From a virus, in the IMG/VR virus record IMGVR_UViG_3300045988_082153, positions 2,240 through 66,239 of that record: a DNA stretch of 64,000 nucleotides, one strand, 5' to 3'. The position numbers were made by a program, and so were the translations under genes. Positions 1-7,410 of this stretch are shown here, in pieces. Numbering within the stretch: the first letter of the stretch is position 1; each line of letters begins with the position of its first letter. Below the pieces are notes generated by a model. The model made no database searches and was not told where the DNA came from. It saw only the letters and a list, made by a program, of their open reading frames with translations.

Positions 1-762
1 TTGGGTGAGTACTTTGGCCTTTTCGCGACGGATCATGCAGCGTGCATAGAGTTCTGCAGAGAGCCGGTCGAGGTTGCGCGGTGCGTCGTCTTCGTCTTTA
101 CCTCGTCTCTCCTTGCTTATCTCGCCACCGCCATACTCGGCAAGGAACTTGGCGCGTCCGCCAAACTCAGACAAGCGTCCCATTATGGAGAGCTGCGCTA
201 TGAGATCGGCAGGACGATTGACAACTGGCGTACCAGACAGCAATATGCGATACTCCTTGCCCTCAGCAATGCCACGCGCGAAGATGGTCTGCTGTGCTGA
301 TGGGTCTTTCACGCGGTGGCTCTCGTCAATTATGATAGAACGAAACAGTTTGATGTCGGGCGTAAAAACCACATCTTTCAGCCGGAACCCACCACGTGAG
401 CCTCCCTTGATGTCCCACACGAAGTATTTGCGCAGAGACTCGTAGTTGACGACCGCCACCTGCTGCATGCCCATCCGGAGAAGATAAGGCCATGTGGTAA
501 GCACGGAATTGTCGAGCACAAGGGCTTTCTTGTTGGTGAATTTCTCGAACTCGCGCTGCCAGTTGATTTTGAGCGAGGACGGACAGACCACAAGGCAAGG
601 GTAAGCATTGGCACAGTCAACGACACCGATGCTTTGCAGCGTCTTTCCCAAGCCCGGCTCATCGCCGATTAAAAATCGGTGCCAGCGCAGCCCGGCAAGT
701 ATGCCCTCCTTCTGATAGTCGTAAGGCTCGACGCGAAGGTTATGTTTCAGAGTTTCAGCCAT
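1..762 (-). CDS. SNF2-family helicase, N-terminal portion (gene continues beyond the left window edge)
   Basis: The reverse frame is open from the ATG (762-760) to nt 1. It is absent from the ORF track because there is no stop in the window. Hand translation: MAETLKHNLRVEPYDYQKEGILAG..GDEPGLGKTLQ (motif I), IIDESHRVK (DExH motif II), LLSGTPVVNRP (motif III). Confidence 0.85.
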   Translation of the reverse strand, partial: MAETLKHNLRVEPYDYQKEGILAGLRWHRFLIGDEPGLGKTLQSIGVVDCANAYPCLVVCPSSLKINWQREFEKFTNKKALVLDNSVLTTWPYLLRMGMQQVAVVNYESLRKYFVWDIKGGSRGGFRLKDVVFTPDIKLFRSIIIDESHRVKDPSAQQTIFARGIAEGKEYRILLSGTPVVNRPADLIAQLSIMGRLSEFGGRAKFLAEYGGGEISKERRGKDEDDAPRNLDRLSAELYARCMIRREKAKVLTQ

Positions 763-789
763 ACGCATTGATTGTGTGTTTTGATATCG

Positions 790-1014
790 TTATGTCGTAG
801 CCATGTATGTATGCTTGCTTGCGCAAATCGGCGCATGAGAGCATGCAATGGCGAGCTTCCTTTGAGCGAGCGGCCATGCCTGAAGAAGAACGTACCCCCC
901 AACCATGCCACCGCATGTATATCCGTAAGAGCCAGAGAACACAGCGAACGGACACATACGTCTGAGGCGTTTGAGCAGCTGGATTTGTGCTGTCTGTGAT
1001 AATTTCTTTTTCAT
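790..1014 (-). CDS. hypothetical small protein (74 aa)
   Basis: ATG at 1014 (MKKKLSQTAQIQLLKRL..) lies 10 nt after the upstream stop and the ORF ends 27 nt before the helicase start. This fits a gap-free operon. No motif recognised. Confidence 0.35.
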   Translation of the reverse strand: MKKKLSQTAQIQLLKRLRRMCPFAVFSGSYGYTCGGMVGGYVLLQAWPLAQRKLAIACSHAPICASKHTYMATT

Positions 1015-1024
1015 ACTTTGTCTG

Positions 1025-1693
1025 TTACATAAGGTTGAAAGCCCAATATTGGAAGGCAAGTTCTTCGTACTTCTCGCGTCCGCGATTGTAGATGTCGTCG
1101 CCACGGTTGATGAACTTCTTGAAAATGTTGCAGTTCTTTTTGCTGATTGCGTAGATGAAGTCGCGGTCGGAATGGGCGATGTCCATGTACCATGCCCTGC
1201 TACGGTCCCAATCGAAGAAATCTACAGCATTGTCGAACTCCGCTTGTGTTGAGGCGAATGTCGTTTTCAGATCGCCGCCGAAGTTGGCCATTGGCAACCA
1301 CCAGTCCCATTTGCAGCGTGTGTCCAGATGGAAGGTAAATCCCCCATTGCTGAACTCCTGCTGCTTGTTGACCATGAAGCGTTGTGTATCGGCATGTTCG
1401 AGCACCTTAGCGAGAAATGGGTCTCGTCGTGCTTCTGCACGCAGTGCACGCTGCATTTCGCGAGCGTGGAGGAACTCCTCCTCTGAACATTGTTCGCCGT
1501 CGATGGTCATGTGCAGGAAGTCAACACGCGAGGGTTCGGTGATGATGGCATCGACGATAGACCCGAAGCGGAAAGCAGCCTCCTTGTCACCGAACTGCAT
1601 GTGAGGGTGCAGCAGGTTCTTCAGTTCGGTGAGGTCAGAATTGCTGACCTCACTTCTCTGATAGTATTCGTCCGGGTTGTTAATCTTCGTCAT
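1025..1693 (-). CDS. PD-(D/E)XK exonuclease, RecE/exonuclease VIII-like
   Basis: Uses an internal ATG of track ORF 1025..1981 (MTKINNPDEYYQRSEVSNSDL..). Motifs seen: FGSIVDAIITEP, CKWDWW, GGDLKTT ((D/E)xK) and FDWDRSRAWYMD. It lies in the same operon as RecT. Confidence 0.6.
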   Translation of the reverse strand: MTKINNPDEYYQRSEVSNSDLTELKNLLHPHMQFGDKEAAFRFGSIVDAIITEPSRVDFLHMTIDGEQCSEEEFLHAREMQRALRAEARRDPFLAKVLEHADTQRFMVNKQQEFSNGGFTFHLDTRCKWDWWLPMANFGGDLKTTFASTQAEFDNAVDFFDWDRSRAWYMDIAHSDRDFIYAISKKNCNIFKKFINRGDDIYNRGREKYEELAFQYWAFNLM

Positions 1694-1991
1694 AATCGTC
1701 GTAATCAGGTTCATATTCAACTTCGCCCTCACCGTCGCACACCTCGCAGGTTTCCTTTTTGCCCTTGATACAGTACTTGTGCTGGGCAATAGCCTCTTCT
1801 TCCGTTTCGGGAAGCATATTCCATGTTTCTTCGGAACATTCTGTTTCGTAGTCTGCCTCAAAGTCGTAGGCGTACCAATGATAGCCCTTGCCGCCACATG
1901 CAGCACATTCGACCATCGTAGGCTCTCGTTCATTCCAAGGTGCGCGTGGGTCAGACTCCGCACCGGCAGGATAATAACCACTCTCGTACAT
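1680..1991 (-). CDS. small zinc-finger protein with two DnaJ-type CxxCxGxG motifs and an acidic tail
   Basis: CAACGGKG and CEVCDGEG motifs; C-terminus EYEPDYDDYDED; 14-nt overlap with the downstream start. Confidence 0.6.
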   Translation of the reverse strand: MYESGYYPAGAESDPRAPWNEREPTMVECAACGGKGYHWYAYDFEADYETECSEETWNMLPETEEEAIAQHKYCIKGKKETCEVCDGEGEVEYEPDYDDYDED

Positions 1992-1997
1992 AACTGT

Positions 1998-3218
1998 TTA
2001 TTTAGCTTTTACTTCCTCATCATAGGAAACTGATGTTGAACTGATAAACTCCGGGTGGTCCTTGTCGTTAGCCACCTTCTCGCAGAACGTGATCTGCTTC
2101 TTGAATATCTTGGCGAGGTCTTCGACCGACATAAACTGTCCCTCCTTGGACCACCACATAGATACAGCAGCGAGAACGCCCTGTGCGTCGTGGAAGTGTA
2201 TGCGCTTCTTGACAGAGGTCTTAGGTTGGTAGCCAGCCGGAGAAACAACCGCTTGCTGACCGAACAGGTTGCCAATCTCGGAAGCCTCGGCTTGCATCTT
2301 CTTCTTGGCTGCTTCCTCTTCCTCTTTGCGCTTGCGCTCTGCCTCGATACGTGCGGCTTCGGCTTGCTCACGTGCTTTCAGTTCAGCAGCCATGCGTGCC
2401 TTCTCTTCCTCGTTAGCCTTCTGCATACGTTCCAGCTCTGCTTTCTTTGATGGCAGCATGTCGATGATGGAGTCACGGTATTCGGCTACCTCGAACTGAA
2501 ACTGCTCACGGAACTGTTGCATGAGCTTGGAAAGGATGGAAGAACGAATGCCCGGCAGCTGGTCTCTCATGTCGGCAATTTCAGTCGGGATAAGGACTGT
2601 AGAGTTCAGCGTGTTTCCATAGTCAGCCGGAAGAGTGACGGGATATTCACGGATAGTCTTGCATTGTGCTTCGTAGTTTTCGAGGGTCAGACCGCTGTTG
2701 AGCTTTGTCAGCTCGTTTGTGGCATTGGTCGTATATACATTGAACTGACGCTTGAAGTCGTCCTCCACGTCCTGCTTGTAGCGGCTGAGAGCCTGTTCGC
2801 GCTGCTGACGGATAATCTCTTCACGGCGGCGGCGTTCTTCCTCTTCACGCTTTCGGGCTGCATAGGCATTGCGCTCCTGCTGGATTTGATAAGGGATAGA
2901 ACCGGTCTTGTTAGGATCGACAGAATTTTCCATGCCGGTGAACTCGGAACGTATCTGGTCGAATATCTTGGTGATGGCTGAACGGTTGGTGTTCATCTTC
3001 TTCACCGTGTTGCGAGCCTTGTTGATGTAGTTGGCACACTGCATATCCAGTTCGTCGTTCATGCCGTTGGCCTTGATTTGTGCAAGGAGTTTCTGACCGT
3101 ACTCGGTGCAACGCTCGGACGAGGTTGTGTTGTCCTTGTATATCTGTGGCGCGGATTGCGCTATCATCTGTACGTTCTCTTTGCGTACGATGGTGAGGTC
3201 TGTTGTCTGTTCGCTCAT
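1998..3218 (-). CDS. coiled-coil protein of the recombination module (function unknown)
   Basis: ATG at 3218 (MSEQTTDLTIV..). Long charged helical tracts (REEEERRRREEIIRQQREQ; AELKAREQAEAARIEAERKRKEEEEAAKKK). It starts 20 nt after the recT stop. Confidence 0.65.
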   Translation of the reverse strand: MSEQTTDLTIVRKENVQMIAQSAPQIYKDNTTSSERCTEYGQKLLAQIKANGMNDELDMQCANYINKARNTVKKMNTNRSAITKIFDQIRSEFTGMENSVDPNKTGSIPYQIQQERNAYAARKREEEERRRREEIIRQQREQALSRYKQDVEDDFKRQFNVYTTNATNELTKLNSGLTLENYEAQCKTIREYPVTLPADYGNTLNSTVLIPTEIADMRDQLPGIRSSILSKLMQQFREQFQFEVAEYRDSIIDMLPSKKAELERMQKANEEEKARMAAELKAREQAEAARIEAERKRKEEEEAAKKKMQAEASEIGNLFGQQAVVSPAGYQPKTSVKKRIHFHDAQGVLAAVSMWWSKEGQFMSVEDLAKIFKKQITFCEKVANDKDHPEFISSTSVSYDEEVKAK

Positions 3219-3237
3219 TGTTGTAAGTATTATAGGG

Positions 3238-4233
3238 TTAGAATGTATCATCGTCGTCGTTGGCGGCAGGATCAACGGTTACTCCTGCAGACGTGTCGGT
3301 CTGAGGTGCGAAGTCCTGCTTCTCTTGGATAATCTCGCCAGTGGAGGTGTCAACCTTCTCGCCATCACCGGTAACGCCGTAGATGTCGTCAGTGATTTCT
3401 GTCTCGTCAACCTGCTGTGACTCCAACTGCGTAGCACGACCGACACGTGCCTTCGGGTAGGTCTTGAAGGCGTGCTTGATGCACTTGGCAACGAGGAAGC
3501 CGGGGTCAATCTGTCCGCCTTGTGCTTCGTAGAGCGCATTGGGTTTACCGTTTTCCCACTGCTTGGTCTGATAGTTCCACTTGCCGTTCTGACGAGCGGA
3601 GTAGCTGGAGAGTCGTATCCAGTCTTCTGGCAACATGACTGCATAGTCGATAGAACCATCGGCGCGTGTGATCTTCATGAAGCAAGCAACGATACGACCG
3701 GTGGTGTGGGGAAGACGGCATGTGTAGTTGACGAATTTTTGTCCGTCGCGTTCGCCATACTCGAAGCTGTCCTCTTCGTACACGATAACCGGGTTGTCGG
3801 CGTGGCGTATCTGGCCGCAGCGTGCACGAAGCACCAGCTCGCCATATCCGGACACGGTGAGCATGCAGTGTGTCTCGTACTTGTTTTTCTTCTGTCCGTT
3901 GTCATAGTAGCTGTCAACGGCGACGGAGCGAGCGAGGAGGTAGGCTTGCGCCTTGGTGCCGGGGTCGAGGGTGAGTCCGGAAATTGCCACGTCGAGGAAA
4001 GCTGTGAAGAGCGAGAACTTTGTGCACGTCTTGCGCATGTCCTCTTTCTCAGAAAGCAGACGGTTGAAGTTGCGTGACTCGCGCTCGTAGGCTGCTTCGC
4101 CTGATGTTCCGGTGGATGGTGTCCACATTGCCTCGTAAATCTGGATGAACTTGTCGCGTACATTGTCATTGCGAACAATCACAGTAGGTTCCATTGCGTT
4201 GATTTGCTCAACTGTAAGTCCTATCTTACTCAT
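3238..4233 (-). CDS. recT: RecT-family single-strand annealing protein
   Basis: ATG at 4233 (MSKIGLTVEQINAMEP..). Core segments LTVSGYGELVLRARCGQI, FMKITRADGSIDYAVM and KCIKHAFKTYP; acidic tail DPAANDDDDTF. Confidence 0.7.
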   Translation of the reverse strand: MSKIGLTVEQINAMEPTVIVRNDNVRDKFIQIYEAMWTPSTGTSGEAAYERESRNFNRLLSEKEDMRKTCTKFSLFTAFLDVAISGLTLDPGTKAQAYLLARSVAVDSYYDNGQKKNKYETHCMLTVSGYGELVLRARCGQIRHADNPVIVYEEDSFEYGERDGQKFVNYTCRLPHTTGRIVACFMKITRADGSIDYAVMLPEDWIRLSSYSARQNGKWNYQTKQWENGKPNALYEAQGGQIDPGFLVAKCIKHAFKTYPKARVGRATQLESQQVDETEITDDIYGVTGDGEKVDTSTGEIIQEKQDFAPQTDTSAGVTVDPAANDDDDTF

Positions 4234-4417
4234 AGTGTTAAAAATTAAAAGATGAATATTATTTGTTTGTCTGTGAGCCGCAGGTGGGAGTCGAACCGCA
4301 CTAATGCACTCCGTGAGCATATTTGAGCCTTGTACTTCGGCTGTAACACGCCTTCTGTGGTTCCCGTTGCGCCGGGATGCCCTTTCCGATTAAGCATTCT
4401 ATCTGCGGCAGTTGAGG

Positions 4418-4690
4418 CTACTTTTCAAGGTAGTCTTGTTGTATCCTCTGCAATAGCCGCAGGTCGGCTGTACGGTATTCGACTTTGCCCGGACGCTTGT
4501 AGGCAAGGACTTTGCCCTGCTTGCGCCACCGCTCCACATTGCCACGACCGAACATCTGAAAAGCTTTGTTCTGGCTGATGAACTCGGGGTCGTTGGCATC
4601 CTGCTTAATCATGTGGACCACCTTTGCGGCCACATCATTGAGGAAGGTGGAGTAGCGTACGCACTTGTCGGGGAAGTTGAGGAAGTCCAT
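4418..4690 (-). CDS. excisionase/MerR-like helix-turn-helix DNA-binding protein
   Basis: FGRGNVERWRKQGKVLAYKRPGKVEYRTADLRLL resembles Bacteroidota excisionase-family HTH proteins. Its start overlaps the upstream stop at 4690. Confidence 0.55.
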   Translation of the reverse strand: MDFLNFPDKCVRYSTFLNDVAAKVVHMIKQDANDPEFISQNKAFQMFGRGNVERWRKQGKVLAYKRPGKVEYRTADLRLLQRIQQDYLEK

Positions 4691-4968
4691 TATAGTTCGC
4701 CCTCCTGTCGGCTCATTGGGTTTGGGGTCTCGTCGGCTTCATCGCACAGCTTGTCGAAGAACTGAAGCAACCAGTCATGCTTGCGCCACTTGTTGAAGAG
4801 AAAGATGGTGAGAGCAAGCAGCAGGAAACCGAGGGCCTTGTCGAGGATAAGGTGGAAGAGGTACGCGAAGAAACTGTTGTCTTGCTCCTCTCCGAAAAGG
4901 AAGAGTGTTCCTGCGCATCCGATGATAAGTAGGATGCAAACGCGGATGATAGAATATGCTTTATTCAT
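4690..4968 (-). CDS. small membrane protein (two hydrophobic helices)
   Basis: IIRVCILLIIGCAGTLFLF and ALGFLLLALTIFLF segments. It overlaps both neighbouring genes at its start and stop codons. Confidence 0.6.
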   Translation of the reverse strand: MNKAYSIIRVCILLIIGCAGTLFLFGEEQDNSFFAYLFHLILDKALGFLLLALTIFLFNKWRKHDWLLQFFDKLCDEADETPNPMSRQEGEL

Positions 4969-5099
4969 TTTTTGTTGTTATTAGTGGTTGCACATGGTGG
5001 TGTCTTTGCGTACTCAACGTAACGGTTGAGGAACATGCAGAAACAGCCGTTGAGAGCATTGAAGGACTGTTTGCAGGAGGTGCAGAACTTATTAGACAT
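4965..5099 (-). CDS. Cys-rich small protein (44 aa)
   Basis: ATG at 5099 overlaps the upstream stop (TAATG) and its own stop overlaps the next start. Sequence begins MSNKFCTSCKQSFNALNGCFC. Confidence 0.4.
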   Translation of the reverse strand: MSNKFCTSCKQSFNALNGCFCMFLNRYVEYAKTPPCATTNNNKK

Positions 5100-5344
5100 T
5101 AGTTGTAGAGGTTTATGCCCAACTTGTTGAACGCCTCTTCTTCTGCAACGGATCCGCGCCAAGCGTCGAGATAATCGTTGATGGCTTTCTCGTTGTTGGC
5201 ATCGGCCTTTTCGTTGTAGCCGAAGTCCTTGCAGAAGGCTGACCAGCTAATACGGTCGAGTTCTTCGTTAGACAATTGGGTTGAGGTGTTGCAGCTGATG
5301 AGGCTTGCAACAAGGAGTGCTGATGTGATGATTAACTTTTTCAT
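5099..5344 (-). CDS. lipoprotein
   Basis: MKKLIITSALLVASLISC: signal peptide followed by a lipobox Cys. Confidence 0.65.
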   Translation of the reverse strand: MKKLIITSALLVASLISCNTSTQLSNEELDRISWSAFCKDFGYNEKADANNEKAINDYLDAWRGSVAEEEAFNKLGINLYN

Positions 5345-5362
5345 GATGGAGTGGGTTTAATG

Positions 5363-5569
5363 TTACGAAATTCGGGTTGCTGTGATTGTGCGTTGCTCGC
5401 GGTTCGTCGTGGTGGTAAACTTCTTGTCCCACTGGAGTCCAAAGCTGACGCAAATCGACTTCAAGTAGCTTGAACGGCTAACCGATACTGTCAACTCTTC
5501 GCCGACTTCAAGGGCGTTCAACTGGCCCAAGAGCGATTTTTTTCGCTGATTTTTAGATGTTTCTGTCAT
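5363..5569 (-). CDS. first gene of the leftward early operon (Cro position), hypothetical
   Basis: 68-aa ORF divergent from the repressor across a 116-bp AT-rich region. Confidence 0.5.
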   Translation of the reverse strand: MTETSKNQRKKSLLGQLNALEVGEELTVSVSRSSYLKSICVSFGLQWDKKFTTTTNREQRTITATRIS

Positions 5570-5609
5570 TATTTCGATATTTATTTATAACTTTATGCTG
5601 CAAAGTTAG

Positions 5610-5640
5610 ACAATTGGGTTGATATAACAATACAATTGGG
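5610..5640. promoter_or_regulatory. candidate operator pair: ACAATTGGG direct repeat (5610-5618, 5632-5640)
   Basis: An exact 9-mer containing the CAATTG palindrome occurs twice, 22 bp apart, in the divergent repressor/early intergenic region. Confidence 0.4.
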
Positions 5641-5685
5641 CAACTATTATTTGTAAATTAAGATATTTTAAGAATAGGGTTGCGT

Positions 5686-6102
5686 ATGGAAACGATTAAC
5701 GACCGAATGGAAATGCTTGTAAATCAAAGATTTAACGGCAATAAAGCAGCCTTTGCAAAGACAATTGGTTTGCCTCCCACCGGATTGTCTAACTATCTGG
5801 GGACAAAGAGGCGAAGCAAACCATCTGTAGAAATGGTTACTAAAATTGTCTTGGCGTTAGATGTTGATGCAAGATGGCTGCTCACTGGAGAAGAAACGCC
5901 ACAACAGCAAGGCGTGAATACCAACATGAACGGCAATGTGACCGACAGCAATGTGGCAATTGGTAGCCACAACTCTGTTGGCAATGTGACAGTTGGTGCT
6001 GATGTTGTTTTGTCTGAGCGAGTAAAGAGTCTTGAGGCTCTGCTTGCAGAAAAAGAGAGACTGATTAAGGTTTACGAGAAGATGGTGGAGGGCAAGGTAT
6101 GA
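5686..6102 (+). CDS. XRE-family HTH repressor (CI position)
   Basis: HTH segment NGNKAAFAKTIGLPPTGLSNYL..DARWLLTGE, an N/G/V-rich linker and a C-terminal coiled coil (VKSLEALLAEKERLIKVYEKM). TTG at 5680 is an alternative start. Confidence 0.75.
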   Translation: METINDRMEMLVNQRFNGNKAAFAKTIGLPPTGLSNYLGTKRRSKPSVEMVTKIVLALDVDARWLLTGEETPQQQGVNTNMNGNVTDSNVAIGSHNSVGNVTVGADVVLSERVKSLEALLAEKERLIKVYEKMVEGKV

Positions 6103-6560
6103 AGAAAGCTTTGGCTCTTGCATTGTTCGCTATTGCGCTCGTTTCATGTAGAGATAATTGTGCCAGAAAGCAAGGAGATTATGCAGTCGGAAAATATCTC
6201 TATATGGACTCTCAGCATAGATTACATATCAATAAAGACTGCTGGCGGATTGGTGATGTCGTGCAATTTTTAGATACGGCAAGTGTATATGCCAAAGACG
6301 AATTTCAATATTGCAAAGACTGTTTTACTGATACAACATACGAACATGTACAGGCTATATTGCATAATGACATGGACAGAAAGTGGTTGTATGAAAAATT
6401 AAAAGAAACTTATAATGATATGCCCACATATCAAGTGTATATCAATAAGCTTCATGATCCCAAAAAGGTAAAATTGGTTTATGAAGCTGCGTGTAACGAA
6501 GGGTGGGATGTAGGAACATACGAAGATTTTTCAAAGACAATAGGTTTTGAAAACAAATAA
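6099..6560 (+). CDS. lipoprotein; its C-terminal part carries a KWLY/DF module also found at the N-terminus of the giant protein
   Basis: MKKALALALFAIALVSC lipobox; ATGA overlap with the repressor stop. Confidence 0.7.
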   Translation: MKKALALALFAIALVSCRDNCARKQGDYAVGKYLYMDSQHRLHINKDCWRIGDVVQFLDTASVYAKDEFQYCKDCFTDTTYEHVQAILHNDMDRKWLYEKLKETYNDMPTYQVYINKLHDPKKVKLVYEAACNEGWDVGTYEDFSKTIGFENK

Positions 6561-6561
6561 A

Positions 6562-6948
6562 ATGGATAAAGATTTGAAGAAGCTGAAGATATTGATGAAT
6601 GCCATCAATGAAGTTGAAGAAGAAAACCAAGAGGAGGAATTCGATGAGGCTTCAGACTTCTATGCAGAACTGAAAGAGGCTGCATGGAATATCCTGCATG
6701 AAAACCCCGGTACAGATTTCGGGGATTGGCAGATGATGCTCATCGAGCAGTACCCGACGGAAGTAGTGGACGCATTGGGCACCAACCCTCCTGAAGTCTT
6801 TGCGGAACTTTCCGACTGGTGGGACTGCATGGACTACGACGACGGAGTGCTGGAGATACCGCACACGTTCCGGGAATGGGCAGAGTATTTCGCCACCGAA
6901 CGTTCCGTGGAACTATACGACCTACTTGTTGAAGCGAAGCGCAAATAA
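6562..6948 (+). CDS. highly acidic hypothetical protein
   Basis: MDKDLKKLKILMNAINEVEEENQEEEFDEASDFYAELKE.. is D/E- and W-rich. An alternative start exists at 6547. Confidence 0.55.
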   Translation: MDKDLKKLKILMNAINEVEEENQEEEFDEASDFYAELKEAAWNILHENPGTDFGDWQMMLIEQYPTEVVDALGTNPPEVFAELSDWWDCMDYDDGVLEIPHTFREWAEYFATERSVELYDLLVEAKRK

Positions 6949-7223
6949 GGCGTTTTAAGCGTCTGTTTTCGTCAAGACAACAAAACCCTCATCCGAGCAC
7001 ACAAAGTTCGTCAGAGGGGCAAAATAACGGCTCAGGACGGCATTGTGATGCCGGAGTCAGAGTCGCACAAACAAATGAGATTAGCACGATAAGATTAGTT
7101 AATTCACCTCTTTTGATAGAGACGCTTACAAATTCTTCAAAAGTCCCTCATAATGAGAGGGTGAAATCAGCTGCGCAGGCTGCTGTAGAGGAATAATAAG
7201 ATAAGCCCTCGTAACTAACGAGT

Positions 7224-7275
7224 TAGGCGGTAAGTCTCTGATAATAAAGAGGCTTGCCGCCTAAATTGTTTTTGG
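7224..7275 (+). terminator. orphan intrinsic terminator (16-bp stem plus T-run)
   Basis: TAGGCGGTAAGTCTCT / AGAGGCTTGCCGCCTA with an 8-nt loop, followed by AATTGTTTTTGG. The two non-Watson-Crick pairs are G-U only on the + strand. No ORF of 60 aa or more lies upstream within 270 nt. Confidence 0.55.
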
Positions 7276-7321
7276 TGGGTCTGCACGTTCTGCACACTAA
7301 TCATGCAGAATTTGTAGGCTT

Positions 7322-7374
7322 TGCTTACAAAAACTGACACAAACTTTGGTGGTCGTGCTTACAAGTGCTTACAA
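7322..7374 (+). repeat. TGCTTACAA direct repeats (7322-7330, 7356-7364, 7366-7374; related cGCTTACAA at 7123-7131)
   Basis: The exact 9-mer occurs three times within 53 bp, immediately upstream of the integrase ATG. Confidence 0.6.
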
Positions 7375-7410
7375 ACGATTTTTGATGAACAACAAAATAG
7401 AATTGAAATT

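Noticed and set aside
1-445. Track ORFs 1-300 (+) and 74-445 (+) at the left edge.
   Set aside because: They are antisense to the motif-rich SNF2 helicase frame, which is open across the whole region.
4268-4336. tRNA-like element on the minus strand between recT and the Xis-like gene. It has GGTTCGACTCC (a T-loop consensus) and a 6/7-bp acceptor-like pairing (GCCGAAG / CTGCGGC).
   Set aside because: The total length is only about 65 nt. The T-stem needs a bulge, no D-arm can be drawn, and the best anticodon loop lacks U33. It is not a functional tRNA. At most it is a decayed fragment or att-related remnant, and it is not adjacent to int.
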